Below are positions 28,803 to 39,319 of a stretch of 64,000 bases of DNA, piece after piece. Under the pieces are notes generated by a model that worked only from the letters and a program-made list of their open reading frames with translations, was not told the origin of the DNA and made no database searches. Numbering within the stretch: the first letter of the stretch is position 1; each line of letters begins with the position of its first letter. The position numbers were made by a program, and so were the translations under genes. Origin of the DNA: a bacterium (GTDB taxonomy: Bacteria; Desulfobacterota; JADFVX01); NCBI GenBank assembly GCA_032250935.1, contig JAVVFD010000001.1, forward strand, positions 10,976 to 74,975. The letters are read 5' to 3'.

Positions 28803-30183
28803 AAAATACCTCATAGGGGTGGTTTTGCTGGTTTTAATTGCCGGATGCGCATCTACAGGCGTTGATGCCCCGCCTCCTGCCGCAACTATTGGCGATAAAA
28901 GTATTGCGGATAAGCATAATGACAGGCGTTTAGATGCGGCGTTAACAATAGATAATGAAGAGCATGTAGTTCCAGGTCTCCCTGTATTCAGACTCACAAA
29001 TGATGACAAAATTCCCTCCCTCCCCCTTTACAGGCTTGCAAGGAATGAGAAGATTGTCGCTGTACAGGTGCTTCTTTTTAACTGCCCGACTCTTCGTGAA
29101 GTGGAAGGTAAGATAAAGGAACTAAAAAGGGCGGGCGTAAATACACTCATATTCAGGGTCTTTCAAAACAGGGGCGATAGATTCTACCCCTTTGCACGGC
29201 CTTTAAACGAAGTGGGCGTATATTTCAATAGTGCCCATGCCCCCGTAGTCGGCGATATCCTTGGCGACCTGGCTCGAATCAGCAGGGCAAACGATATGAA
29301 GATATTTGCATGGATGACAACGAGATATGCCGATTATGGTATGGAGAATAAAAAAGGGTGGCAGGCTGTAAAATATGATCTGGGAAGTGAACGTTTTACC
29401 CCTGCAAAAGGATTAAATCTTTTCAGAAGGGATGTGAAAAATCATCTAGGGAGCCTGTATAGAGATCTTGCCGCATATGATATTGACGGCATTCTTTTTC
29501 AGGACGATCTCGTATTAAAACATACAGAGGGATTCAGTCATGATGCAAGGAACGCCTTTGCCGCAGAGTTTGGGCAGATGCCAAACCACAAAGACTTTTA
29601 TAAGGGTGTCTTCACGGCAGAAGACGGCAGGCAGATGGTTTCATCTTATGGTGAGGGTTTTTGGAAATGGAGCAGATGGAAAAACAGGGCACTCCTTAAT
29701 GTTGCCTCTGAAATAATGAAAGAGGTAAAGAGGATAAAGCCGGATATGAAGTTCGCCATCAACCTTATGTATGAGGCGGCAATCTACCCTGAAAATGCCC
29801 TTGCCTGGCTTTCCCAGGATCTGGATGAAGCGGTAAGGACCGGTTTTGATCTTTACGCTATTATGGCCTATCATCGACAGATGGCGCGTGAGTTGAATGT
29901 AAAAGGGGTGGCCCTTGATTCGCTTATGAGTAAGCTTGTGGAAAAGACTCTTGAAAAGGTGAAAGACCCGGCCAAGGTGCTCATAAAGCTCCAGATTTCA
30001 GACTGGGAAACCCAGGAGATTGTCTCTCATGAAGAGATCAATTCTATGCTCAGGCTTATTAATAAAAAAGGGAGCCCAAGCCTCGCCTTCGTCCCCTATA
30101 GAGACAGTTTTGATTTCAGAAAAGTGGCCCCCTTTTTGGGACACGATCATGACCTACGGCTGGCGTCGGCATCTGAAAAGTAG
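28786..30183 (+). CDS. Lipoprotein with a putative glycoside-hydrolase-like (GHL10 / PgaB-C-terminal-like) TIM-barrel domain
   Basis: Lipobox LIAGCAS and the DGILFQDDL motif. Overlaps the radA 3' end. The true start is probably TTG at 28792, after an AAGGAGG ribosome-binding site. Confidence 0.45.
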   Translation: MILSFRKYLIGVVLLVLIAGCASTGVDAPPPAATIGDKSIADKHNDRRLDAALTIDNEEHVVPGLPVFRLTNDDKIPSLPLYRLARNEKIVAVQVLLFNCPTLREVEGKIKELKRAGVNTLIFRVFQNRGDRFYPFARPLNEVGVYFNSAHAPVVGDILGDLARISRANDMKIFAWMTTRYADYGMENKKGWQAVKYDLGSERFTPAKGLNLFRRDVKNHLGSLYRDLAAYDIDGILFQDDLVLKHTEGFSHDARNAFAAEFGQMPNHKDFYKGVFTAEDGRQMVSSYGEGFWKWSRWKNRALLNVASEIMKEVKRIKPDMKFAINLMYEAAIYPENALAWLSQDLDEAVRTGFDLYAIMAYHRQMARELNVKGVALDSLMSKLVEKTLEKVKDPAKVLIKLQISDWETQEIVSHEEINSMLRLINKKGSPSLAFVPYRDSFDFRKVAPFLGHDHDLRLASASEK

Positions 30184-30409
30184 TTTGTCCTGCACCCCAA
30201 TTCTTATCTTTCAAGGAATAACTCTCAAAAAACAATAAATCAGCAATATTTGTCGTACATTCCGCAATATACGTCGCGACAAGCCCTTATTTTAGAGCTA
30301 CTACTATTTTAAAAAGAAAAATTCGCGTCTCTTGAAACTTTTGGCTGAAGTTTTCATCAAATGAAGAAACAAGAGTGAGAACACTTGATTTTTAAGGGGG
30401 GGGTGAGAC

Positions 30410-30646
30410 ATGTATTACAAGGTACTTATGGAAGGAGGGCATATGGGGGCAGGCAAATCTTACGATATGTGCCGCTACTTTAGTGTCAGCAATGTAGGTG
30501 TGATTTTTGATCTTTTAGGTAGAATGCCACGACTTAAATCAAAAGGCGTCAGCGGCTCCGTCAAGCTGATAGAGCCGATTAGTCGGGAAGAGTTTAGAAA
30601 AGGTAGAAACGACGAAGGAAGAGACCCTTACCTTACCCGTCACTAG
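30410..30646 (+). CDS. Hypothetical small protein (78 aa)
   Basis: Strong ribosome-binding site (GGGGGGTGAG) 5 nt before the ATG. It is isolated within a roughly 700 bp region that lacks other credible ORFs. I recognise no domain. Confidence 0.3.
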   Translation: MYYKVLMEGGHMGAGKSYDMCRYFSVSNVGVIFDLLGRMPRLKSKGVSGSVKLIEPISREEFRKGRNDEGRDPYLTRH

Positions 30647-30899
30647 CGGGGGAAGCTGTCGGCGTCTTGCTTTGGCGATATATTCAGCTATCGTTGTTCT
30701 GGCTATCAGGTTAATTCGCCCACTTGATCTCAGCCGCGCACTAAGATCCCCGTCATTTTTTTATCACAATTCTCCTTTTAACTCCAACTAACCAGTTGAT
30801 AAAATTCTCATGCCGCCAGAAGTAGATTTTCTTTGATATTTTATCTGTGCTAAGATGTTCTACGGATATATTAAAATGTAGACAAGACAATATACACTT

Positions 30900-31967
30900 A
30901 TGATTCAGAGAAAAAATACAAGAGGATTAACTCTTGGCGCGATCAGGGTCGGTGGCGGAGCCTCTGTTACGGTTCAGTCAATGACTAATACTAAAACCTC
31001 TGACGTTGAGGCGACGCTTTCTCAGATAGGAGCCCTTGAGGAAGCGGGATGTGAAATTGTGCGCGTTGCAGTACTTAATATGGAAGATGCAAGGGCGGTG
31101 GGAGCGATCGTTGAGGGCGCCAGGATACCTGTAGTAGCCGATATACACTTTAATCACGCCCTTGCCCTTGAGGTGGTAAGGCAGGGTGTCCATGGCTTAA
31201 GGTTAAACCCCGGCAATATTGGAGACAGGCAAAAAGTGGTAAAGGTGGTGGAGGCCGCAGGAAAGGCCGGACTGCCCATCCGCATCGGAGTCAACGCAGG
31301 TTCGCTTGAAAAGGAGATAGTTGAAAAATATGGCTATCCTACCGCTGAGGGGATGGTGGAAAGCGCCATGAATCATATCGCCATACTTGAAGAGTTAGAT
31401 TTTCATGATATCAAGGTATCGCTTAAGGCATCCGACGTGCCCCGAACCATTGAAGCCTATCGCGCCTTTTCCAGTCGCTCAGACTATCCTCTCCACCTGG
31501 GAGTTACCGAAGCAGGAACCAGCTTTTCCGGCACAGTAAAATCGGCTGTCGGGATAGGGACTCTCCTTGCCGAAGGGATCGGAGATACGATAAGGGTCTC
31601 CCTTTCTGCCGCTCCGGTTGAAGAGGTCAAGGTTGGATTTGAAATTCTAAAGTCCTTGCAGATACGGTCAAAGGGGGTCAATATTATATCCTGCCCCACC
31701 TGCGGGAGGATGGAGGTCGATCTTATTAAGCTTGCGGGTGAGGTTGAGGATCGACTTAAGCATATTGAGGCCCCATTAAATGTGTCTGTCTTAGGCTGCG
31801 TAGTAAACGGGATAGGAGAGGCGATGGAGGCCGATGCAGGGATAGCCGGTGGAAAGGGGGAGGGGCTTCTCTTTGTAAAGGGAGAGGTGGCAGGAAAACT
31901 CCCTGAGGGAAAACTGGTAGATGCCCTTATTGCAGAGGTGGAGAAGCTGGCAAAGGAAAGATCCTGA
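30900..31967 (+). CDS. ispG: 4-hydroxy-3-methylbut-2-en-1-yl diphosphate synthase (flavodoxin) IspG/GcpE
   Basis: GcpE TIM-barrel, plus the C-terminal [4Fe-4S] motif CPTCGR...GCVVNG. Confidence 0.9.
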   Translation: MIQRKNTRGLTLGAIRVGGGASVTVQSMTNTKTSDVEATLSQIGALEEAGCEIVRVAVLNMEDARAVGAIVEGARIPVVADIHFNHALALEVVRQGVHGLRLNPGNIGDRQKVVKVVEAAGKAGLPIRIGVNAGSLEKEIVEKYGYPTAEGMVESAMNHIAILEELDFHDIKVSLKASDVPRTIEAYRAFSSRSDYPLHLGVTEAGTSFSGTVKSAVGIGTLLAEGIGDTIRVSLSAAPVEEVKVGFEILKSLQIRSKGVNIISCPTCGRMEVDLIKLAGEVEDRLKHIEAPLNVSVLGCVVNGIGEAMEADAGIAGGKGEGLLFVKGEVAGKLPEGKLVDALIAEVEKLAKERS

Positions 31968-31994
31968 TGCGAGAATTCAAAACAGGAAAACGGG

Positions 31995-33623
31995 ATGAGT
32001 AATTATACCTTACTCTCTTTTTTTAGCGGTCTTTTTCTTCTCCTTTATGGGGTAAAGATTGCCGGAGAAGGTTTTCAAAGAGCAGCCGGGCCAAGGCTGC
32101 AACATATTTTGCACCTGGTAACCAGAAACCGAATAACCGCGCTGACTCTCGGGGCCTTTGCAACGGCCATTATGCAAAGCAGCAGCGCGACTACAGTTAT
32201 GGTTGTCGGTTTTGCAAGTTCCGGCCTTTTGTCCCTTGCGCAGACAGTTGGAGTTGTTCTCGGAGCAAATATCGGAACGACCTTTACTGTTCAGCTCATT
32301 GCCTTCAAGATATATGATTATGCGATAATCATGGTCGGGCTGGGGGCAGCCATTGTTCTTTTCGGTAAAAAGAGAGATATCGTATTTGTAGGTCAGGGGG
32401 TGCTTGGTTTTGCCCTTATCTTTCTTGCTATGAAAATCATGTCTGACTCGGTGGCGCCGCTCAAAGACAGTGATCTGTTCAGGCAGATTCTCCTTTCAAT
32501 GGAAGGAAGCACTCTCGCCCTTCTTCTTATCTCCACTCTTTTTACGGCTCTGGTTCAAAGCAGCGCTGCCACGATAGGCGTGGTTCTGGCCTTGGCCCTG
32601 CAGGGAATGATGAATTTAGAAGGGGCCATCCCGATTATTCTCGGCGCAAATATAGGTACCTGTGTTACGGCCATGCTGTCATCAATTAATGCCAGAAGCG
32701 AGGCGAAAAGGGTTGCTATTTTGCATCTGCTGTTTAATCTGGCCGGTGTTGTTTTTTTTCTGCCATTAATGGGGCTTTTCAGGGATATTGCACTTATGAC
32801 ATCGGCTGAACTTTCCAGACAAATAGCAAACGCACATACCATGTTTAATGTAGCTATTTCCCTGTTATTTCTCCCATTTACAGGCTGGTTTGCAGCCTTG
32901 GCCAGAAGGCTTGTGCCGGAGGAAGACGGCTCGGATCGAGGCTTTAGACCGAAATACCTTAATGCTCAGGTTCTCGACAGCCCTGATATGGCTTTTGGGC
33001 TTGCGACGAGGGAGGCCCTCAGAATGGCTGACATTGCTCAGGAAATGTATGGAAAGTGTATCTATGTTCTTATGAAAGATGATGGAGATCTGCTTACGCA
33101 GGTCGAAAATATGGATGATCAGCTCGATATTCTTGATAATGAGATTAAACTTTATATAACAAAGATATCCCGCAAGGCGCTCAAGGAAGAAGAGTCCAAG
33201 AGAGAGATAGCTATATTGACGCTGGTAAATGATCTTGAAAATATAGGGGATATTATAGACAAAAATATTATGGAACTTGCAAAGAAAAAAATAGCCAAAG
33301 GCCTCAGGTTTTCGGCTGAAGGTCAAAAAGAGATAATTGATTTCTATAGCAAGGTGGCAGAAAATTTTGAGATGGCCATATCGGCTTTTGCCGGAAATAA
33401 TTCCGACCTTGCCTGGAAAGTGATGAAAAATAAAGAAAAGCTCGGCAGCATGGAAAGAGAGCTTAAGGCGGCGCATGTAGGGAGGCTCCACCTGGGGTTC
33501 AGGGAATCTATAGAGACAAGCTCCATACACCTTGATCTATTATCGAATTTTAAGAGAATAAACCACCATATTACAAATATCTCTTATCCTATTATAAAAA
33601 GATCAAAAGAAGCCATGGATTAA
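31995..33623 (+). CDS. Na+/phosphate cotransporter family protein with C-terminal PhoU-like domains
   Basis: Two repeated Na/Pi-cotransporter membrane domains (GANIGTT/GANIGTC), and a cytoplasmic PhoU-like helical domain. Confidence 0.8.
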   Translation: MSNYTLLSFFSGLFLLLYGVKIAGEGFQRAAGPRLQHILHLVTRNRITALTLGAFATAIMQSSSATTVMVVGFASSGLLSLAQTVGVVLGANIGTTFTVQLIAFKIYDYAIIMVGLGAAIVLFGKKRDIVFVGQGVLGFALIFLAMKIMSDSVAPLKDSDLFRQILLSMEGSTLALLLISTLFTALVQSSAATIGVVLALALQGMMNLEGAIPIILGANIGTCVTAMLSSINARSEAKRVAILHLLFNLAGVVFFLPLMGLFRDIALMTSAELSRQIANAHTMFNVAISLLFLPFTGWFAALARRLVPEEDGSDRGFRPKYLNAQVLDSPDMAFGLATREALRMADIAQEMYGKCIYVLMKDDGDLLTQVENMDDQLDILDNEIKLYITKISRKALKEEESKREIAILTLVNDLENIGDIIDKNIMELAKKKIAKGLRFSAEGQKEIIDFYSKVAENFEMAISAFAGNNSDLAWKVMKNKEKLGSMERELKAAHVGRLHLGFRESIETSSIHLDLLSNFKRINHHITNISYPIIKRSKEAMD

Positions 33624-33643
33624 GGCACGTGCCTTGCATGCAA

Positions 33644-33670
33644 TAGCTTAATATATAAGCTTTTTTTTTG
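33644..33670 (+). terminator. Rho-independent terminator after the Na/Pi cotransporter gene
   Basis: AGCTTAATATATAAGCT hairpin, followed by a 9-T run. Confidence 0.45.
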
Positions 33671-33851
33671 GCAAATACCTTGACAGTGATAGGTAATGTC
33701 AATAGAATACGGAAGTCTTGTTGTAAGTTATAAAAAGATTTTTGTTTAAAGATAAAAGGGGAAATGCTGCCTGGGAGCTGTAGCTTTTATGTCGCCGTAT
33801 TGTGCCTGATGCCGGAAAGAATGTAAATGGACTCCCGGAGGATTTAAGTCT

Positions 33852-34604
33852 TTGAAAGTAATGGTTATTATCCCTACGTATAACGAAAGGGATAACATAG
33901 AAAGGCTGACGAATGAAATCCTTGCATTGGGCCAGGATATACATATTCTGATTGTTGATGACAACTCACCGGATAAAACAGGGGAAATAGCAGATGATCT
34001 GGTTAAAAGGTATGGCAATCTGCACGTAATACATAGAGCCGGAAAGATGGGGCTTGGCTCGGCATACATCGAGGGTTTTAAGTATGCGCTCAAGGCCGGG
34101 GCTGAAAAAATAATAGAGATGGATGCAGATTTTTCCCATAATCCCGAAAGGCTGCCTGCATTAATTGAAAGGGCAGATGAGGCGGATCTTGTAATAGGTT
34201 CGAGATATCTTAATGGTGTGAGCGTTGTTAATTGGCCCATAAGAAGACTTATGCTCAGCTATTTTGCCAATATGTATACCCGGGTTATTACCGGTCTAAA
34301 GATCAGTGACTGCACAGGCGGATTTAAGTGCTTTAACCGGAAGGTTCTTGAGGCTATAGACCTTGATAAGATCAGGGCCGATGGCTACTCCTTTCAGATA
34401 GAGATGAATTACAGGTGTGTAGAAAAGGGATTTAGTGTCGATGAAATACCTATCATATTCATCGACCGTCACGCCGGAACGTCCAAGATGTCAAAGAAGA
34501 TAGTCAGAGAGGCGGTATTTATGGTCTGGCGTCTTAGAATGGGCAGTATTTTTAATAGAATAACGGGTAAAAACATGCTTTACAGGGGCTTGAACGATGA
34601 TTAA
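33852..34604 (+). CDS. Family 2 glycosyltransferase, dolichyl/polyprenyl-phosphate mannose synthase-like
   Basis: VIIPTYNE...IVDDNSPD...DAD(F)SH motifs typical of DPM1-like GT2 enzymes. TTG start. Confidence 0.8.
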   Translation: MKVMVIIPTYNERDNIERLTNEILALGQDIHILIVDDNSPDKTGEIADDLVKRYGNLHVIHRAGKMGLGSAYIEGFKYALKAGAEKIIEMDADFSHNPERLPALIERADEADLVIGSRYLNGVSVVNWPIRRLMLSYFANMYTRVITGLKISDCTGGFKCFNRKVLEAIDLDKIRADGYSFQIEMNYRCVEKGFSVDEIPIIFIDRHAGTSKMSKKIVREAVFMVWRLRMGSIFNRITGKNMLYRGLNDD

Positions 34605-34782
34605 TCAGGGGTGGGCTGTTATCTGTGAGATCGGCTTTGTCGGATGGGTAAGTTGCACTATAGGTTTTATTTTTAGATCTTTCGGGGATGATGATGCTTT
34701 TTATGCGAAACGAGCGCTCTTTTGGGGAGGCCTCGTTGTTTTGTTTTACGCTTTCTGGGTTCTTGGCATGGTTAACACCTGA
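34597..34782 (+). CDS. Small hydrophobic protein (61 aa). A small membrane protein is often found downstream of GT2 genes.
   Basis: Overlaps the GT2 stop and has two predicted transmembrane helices. Confidence 0.3.
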   Translation: MINQGWAVICEIGFVGWVSCTIGFIFRSFGDDDAFYAKRALFWGGLVVLFYAFWVLGMVNT

Positions 34783-34803
34783 TTTTGCAAGAACTCTTGA
34801 ATA

Positions 34804-35862
34804 ATGAACTTCACTACTAAAACCTGCTCGACCGGGCTTTTTTTGTTCTTTTTTATAGCAGCCCTTTTTTTTCAGGGCTGCGCCGGCTCTCTAAAGACAG
34901 AAGAAATCTTTGTGGTTGAGGCTGACCTTAATTGGCCGCCATTTCCACTTAAGCCCCGGATCAAATATATAAGATCCATAGCCATGCCCTCCGATATAGC
35001 CATTAAAGAGGGAAAAGGCTGGCTGGGCAGAGCTTTTGACTATCTAACGGGTGGCAGTTTACTGGAGGGCACGCCCATATCTGCCCCCTACGGTCTTTTT
35101 TTTGATAGTGATAAAAAAACTCTTTATGTTGCAGATAGAGCAAGAAAGGGCATTCATCTCTATGATTTGAGCAAAGGGAAGGCCGAAACCCTTGAGGCTG
35201 TAGCTGGAGAGGTATTTGAAATGCCCGTTGCTGTGGCAGTGTCTGGAGACAGGATTTACGTCTCCGACTCGGGTTTTAAAAAACTGCTTATTCTCGACCT
35301 CGAAGGCAATCTCCTGAAAGAGATTGACCGATGGGAGAGGCCGGGCGGGATAGCGATTAGCAAAGATGAAAAGCGTCTCTATGTTGTAGATGTGCTTGCA
35401 TGCCGGATAAAGGTCTTTGATGCTGAGGGTAACTTCCTTTTTGACTTTGGCAGTAAAGGAGAAAAGGCCGGGGAATTCAACCTTCCGAGTAATATATGGG
35501 TAGATGCCTCTGGAAAGATATATGTAACTGATTCTATGAATTTCAGAGTCCAGATATTTGATGAGTCAGGAAAGCATATTATCAGCATCGGCAAGTTGGG
35601 CGATTCCCCGGGCTACCTGGCAAGGCCGAGAGGCGTGGCTGTAGATAGTGAAGGTCATATCTACATTGTTGATGCTGTTTTTGATAACGTGCAGATATTT
35701 AATCCCGATGGGCAGCTTCTCCTCTTTTTTGGAGGGTCGGGAAGAGGCCCGGGAGAATTTTATCTTCCCAGCGGAATTTTTATAGATGAAAAGGATAGGA
35801 TATATATTTCAGACTCCTACAACAGGAGGATTCAGGTATTTCAGTATTTGAAAGAAGAGTAG
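34804..35862 (+). CDS. NHL-repeat (six-bladed beta-propeller) lipoprotein
   Basis: Lipobox FFQGCAGS and repeated NHL-like units (P.G.AV....IYV.D..N.R.QVFD..G). Confidence 0.7.
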   Translation: MNFTTKTCSTGLFLFFFIAALFFQGCAGSLKTEEIFVVEADLNWPPFPLKPRIKYIRSIAMPSDIAIKEGKGWLGRAFDYLTGGSLLEGTPISAPYGLFFDSDKKTLYVADRARKGIHLYDLSKGKAETLEAVAGEVFEMPVAVAVSGDRIYVSDSGFKKLLILDLEGNLLKEIDRWERPGGIAISKDEKRLYVVDVLACRIKVFDAEGNFLFDFGSKGEKAGEFNLPSNIWVDASGKIYVTDSMNFRVQIFDESGKHIISIGKLGDSPGYLARPRGVAVDSEGHIYIVDAVFDNVQIFNPDGQLLLFFGGSGRGPGEFYLPSGIFIDEKDRIYISDSYNRRIQVFQYLKEE

Positions 35863-35866
35863 GTAA

Positions 35867-36628
35867 ATGAAGAAAAATATTTACATAATAATTGCAGTTT
35901 TATTTATGATGCATGCATCTACCGCTCTGGCCGGTGTTGCAGATACCAAGCATAATCTCTCTTCAGGGAGCTCTTTTACATATAAATCTGCCACCGAAAC
36001 GGAGGTCTGCAAGTTCTGTCATACCCCTCATGCGTCGATTGCCGACACACCCCTTTGGAATCATAAGAATGATGTAACCACCTTTACACGTTTTTCTTCT
36101 GCCACTCTGGTTGTAGATGATAATGCCGCCAATCCTTATGGCTACCTTGATGCTGATCTTTCCGGCGCGTCAAAACTCTGTATGGGCTGTCATGACGGAG
36201 TCACCGCCCTTGGCGCCCTGTCGCAGGTCACTATAAGTGATGTGAGTCCGTCTAATTACCTTACCGCTACGGATCTGAGGAACAAGCATCCCGTATCTTT
36301 TGAATATAAGTCTGGCGGCAGTAACCTATGGGGTGTTCTGGATGGAGGCGTGAAAGCTGGCAAGTATGGGTTGCCTAATAATACCGTCAATAACACTATC
36401 AACAATCCTTTTGTTTCTGAAAAGTGGAGGCGGGAAGGAGAAAGGGTGGAGTGTACTGTATGCCACGACCCGCATGAAAATAAGGCAGATGCAGCTGATG
36501 CGGCTTTATTGCCTTTTTGGGTTAGCTCCAGCATTACGGGCTATGATTCTCATGATTCGGTCTGTGTGGCTTGTCACAATCCCTCATTTGGAGAGTACAC
36601 AGCGTTTGGAGAATATAGTAGTCTGTAA
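35867..36628 (+). CDS. Secreted tetrahaem cytochrome c
   Basis: Signal peptide and four CxxCH motifs (CKFCH, CMGCH, CTVCH, CVACH). Confidence 0.75.
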   Translation: MKKNIYIIIAVLFMMHASTALAGVADTKHNLSSGSSFTYKSATETEVCKFCHTPHASIADTPLWNHKNDVTTFTRFSSATLVVDDNAANPYGYLDADLSGASKLCMGCHDGVTALGALSQVTISDVSPSNYLTATDLRNKHPVSFEYKSGGSNLWGVLDGGVKAGKYGLPNNTVNNTINNPFVSEKWRREGERVECTVCHDPHENKADAADAALLPFWVSSSITGYDSHDSVCVACHNPSFGEYTAFGEYSSL

Positions 36629-36673
36629 AATTAAGCAGGTAAAAGGCAATAATGGCAATAGTAAGGTAATGAT

Positions 36674-37786
36674 ATGATAGAAAGCAAAACCATATTTTTT
36701 GCAATATTCTTAGGCCTTGCAGTTCTCTTGGTAGGCCCCGTCGATGCAGCTAAAGTAAAATATAATAATATCCACGGGGCATCCAGCATGGTGACTGCCG
36801 GGTGCAGGGCATGTCACGCCGGCAGCGAGATGAGTAGGAGTGTTTTGAATACCTGTTTTCAATGCCATGGAGATATGCTTGATCTCGATAAGGCAGAAAA
36901 GAAAGGAATTCTGTCGCCCTTTTACAAGGCATCCAAGTCTATGAGTGAAATCAGTATGAAGCGTAAGCTTGAAAAGCCTTATAGGCATCCTATAGGTGAG
37001 GCCAAAGGGGTTCATAATGCGTATGAAGAAATGCCTGAGACCGCCTCTGATATCGAACGACACGTAGAATGCGTAGATTGCCATAGTCCGCACTATATGC
37101 GTGAAGATAGAAAGTTTGCAGGAATTAAGGGAGTAACTAAAACTGGAATAAGCGGCGTATGGGCAAGGACTGAATATGAGGTCTGCTTTAACTGTCATTC
37201 GGACAATTATAACCTCCCTGTTGACCAGACAAATAAGCGTGTGGAGTTTGCCGAGACCAACCCTTCATATCACCCGGTAATAGCGGAAGGTAAAAACAGT
37301 TTCGTGCCAAGTCTCATAAAGCCATATACTGAAAAATATACTAGCGCCGGTGATGTATCGAAAATAAGCTGTAGTGACTGTCATAATAATGATGATAAAA
37401 GAGGGCTTCAGGGGCCTCATGCATCAAATTACCCAGCCATTCTTGCTAGAAATTACTCTATTTCAGATAATGTAGATGAAAGCCCCCAAAGTTATGATCT
37501 TTGTTATGGTTGTCATAAGCGAACCAGCATACTCTCAGATATATCTTTTAAATATCATTCTCTGCACATCAAGGGTGACCTCGTGAAGGGGGTAAGGGGA
37601 ACCAGTTGCTTTACATGTCATGACGCCCATGGCAGCACTGAAAATACACATCTCATAAGGTTTAATAGAGATGTCGTTTTCAGCAATCCATCAACAATGG
37701 AGCTACTCTTTAAAGATAAAGGAGAGTTCAAAGGAGAGTGTTCGCTCCTTTGCCACGGTGTTAACCACAACCCCAAAAGTTATTGA
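36674..37786 (+). CDS. Secreted multihaem cytochrome c (7 CxxCH plus 1 CxxxCH)
   Basis: Signal peptide. Haem motifs are CRACH, CFQCH, CVDCH, CFNCH, CSDCH, CYGCH, CFTCH and CSLLCH. Confidence 0.75.
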   Translation: MIESKTIFFAIFLGLAVLLVGPVDAAKVKYNNIHGASSMVTAGCRACHAGSEMSRSVLNTCFQCHGDMLDLDKAEKKGILSPFYKASKSMSEISMKRKLEKPYRHPIGEAKGVHNAYEEMPETASDIERHVECVDCHSPHYMREDRKFAGIKGVTKTGISGVWARTEYEVCFNCHSDNYNLPVDQTNKRVEFAETNPSYHPVIAEGKNSFVPSLIKPYTEKYTSAGDVSKISCSDCHNNDDKRGLQGPHASNYPAILARNYSISDNVDESPQSYDLCYGCHKRTSILSDISFKYHSLHIKGDLVKGVRGTSCFTCHDAHGSTENTHLIRFNRDVVFSNPSTMELLFKDKGEFKGECSLLCHGVNHNPKSY

Positions 37787-37935
37787 TCTCCGATGCAAAC
37801 GCTAAAGCCGGCAAAAAAACTCTGATTCCACTTTGTGAAACTGCGTATTAAAAAGGAATTTGCATGATAATTCCTTTTTAGGCGGGATTAACATTTTCAC
37901 TGTAATGAACAATCCTCTAAAAGAGGCCTTTATTT

Positions 37936-39147
37936 ATGCCGATTTATAAATGCAAGCTCGGTGATGAAACCGGGAAGATCGTTGAGAAGGAGATAGAGGC
38001 AAATGATGCAAACGGCCTTAAGGAAAGGCTTGAAAGGGAAGGCTGGCTCTTATTTGGTCTTGTTGAAAAGCGTAGTCTCCTCCCCTCGGCAATAAGGAGG
38101 CCTGGTGCCGGAAGAGTCAAAATATCCAACTTTATAATCTTTAACCAGGAACTTGTAGCCCTTCTCAAGGCAGGTCTTCCTCTGCTCGCATCCATCGAAA
38201 CTCTTGCAGGAAAGGAAGAAAATAGATACTTTAAAGAGCTTCTCGGCAGGGTTGCCGACGAGGTTAGAAAGGGCGCGCCCTTATCCGAGGCGCTGGAGGG
38301 AGCTCCAAGGGTTTTTAATAAACTATACATATCGTCAATTAAGGCCGGTGAAAAGAGCGGTGAGCTTGGCACGAATATATTAAGATATATATCCTATGCA
38401 AAAAGAGTTGAAGAGCTTAAGAAAAAGTTTGTAAGCGCCTCTGTCTATCCGCTTATACTTCTGTCTGTGGCGGCTATTGTTATAATGTTTCTGATCCTTT
38501 ATGTAGTGCCCTCCTTCAGCCAGGTCTTTATAGATTCCGGTACGGAGCTACCGGTTCCAACACGTATCCTGATCGGCCTGACAGATTTCATTACAAGTAA
38601 TATCTTAATAATAGCTATCCTTGTTTTTATATCTTATCCATCTTTTCTTGTGGCGAAAAAAAGGCCGGAGGTCGGCAGCTGGTTAGATATAATGAAAACA
38701 AAAATTCCCTGGATTGGCGAAACACTTAAAAAATATGCCATTGCGAAATTCTGCAGAACCCTGTCGACTCTTTTAAAGAGCGGAGAGCCGCTCGTTACGG
38801 CCATATCTTTATCTGCCGGCACACTCGACAATAACTATCTGGAGGAAAATATTCTGCTAGCCTCGGGAAAGGTTAAGGAGGGTGGAAGCCTTGCTGATGC
38901 ACTGGAAGAAACGGGGCTTGTTCCATCTACGGCTCTAAAGATGATTATGGTAGGGGAATCAAGTGGCGCACTTGATGAAATGTTTGAAAATGTTGCCGAA
39001 CTCTTTGAAGAAGAGGTAGATAGGAGGCTGAATTTAGTCACTACAGCTATTGAACCTGTTCTTATGTTGACCATGGGGCTTGTAATTGCCTTTATTGTTG
39101 TCGCCATGTATCTACCGATTTTTAATCTTGCCGGGGCCGTAAGGTAA
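37936..39147 (+). CDS. gspF: Type II secretion / type IV pilus platform protein (GspF/PilC family)
   Basis: Two repeated T2SSF domains with three transmembrane segments, of typical GspF size. Confidence 0.8.
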   Translation: MPIYKCKLGDETGKIVEKEIEANDANGLKERLEREGWLLFGLVEKRSLLPSAIRRPGAGRVKISNFIIFNQELVALLKAGLPLLASIETLAGKEENRYFKELLGRVADEVRKGAPLSEALEGAPRVFNKLYISSIKAGEKSGELGTNILRYISYAKRVEELKKKFVSASVYPLILLSVAAIVIMFLILYVVPSFSQVFIDSGTELPVPTRILIGLTDFITSNILIIAILVFISYPSFLVAKKRPEVGSWLDIMKTKIPWIGETLKKYAIAKFCRTLSTLLKSGEPLVTAISLSAGTLDNNYLEENILLASGKVKEGGSLADALEETGLVPSTALKMIMVGESSGALDEMFENVAELFEEEVDRRLNLVTTAIEPVLMLTMGLVIAFIVVAMYLPIFNLAGAVR

Positions 39148-39319
39148 TCCGTTTATTTGCGCAAACTTACATAATAGCTTGGATATAAGGCATTATTTTA
39201 TTGACAGCGGCTTGATGCGATTGTTTAATTGTGCACAGATATTATTAAGCCTCTTTTGAGAGGCAAGCTTGAAATCAGGCGCAGGAACTCCTGATTATAG
39301 ATACTATTTAAACAGGCCT

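Noticed and set aside
32865-33530. 221-aa minus-strand ORF inside the Na/Pi cotransporter gene
   Set aside because: Antisense to a membrane-protein gene. The F/I/K-rich composition is typical of the reverse-complement frame.
34740-34810. Possible sigma54 promoter (TGGCAT...TTTGCA) upstream of the NHL gene
   Set aside because: The GG-to-GC spacing is about 22 nt rather than the required 12.
36710-37198. 162-aa minus-strand ORF inside the multihaem cytochrome gene
   Set aside because: Antisense shadow ORF. The + strand frame carries 8 haem motifs.
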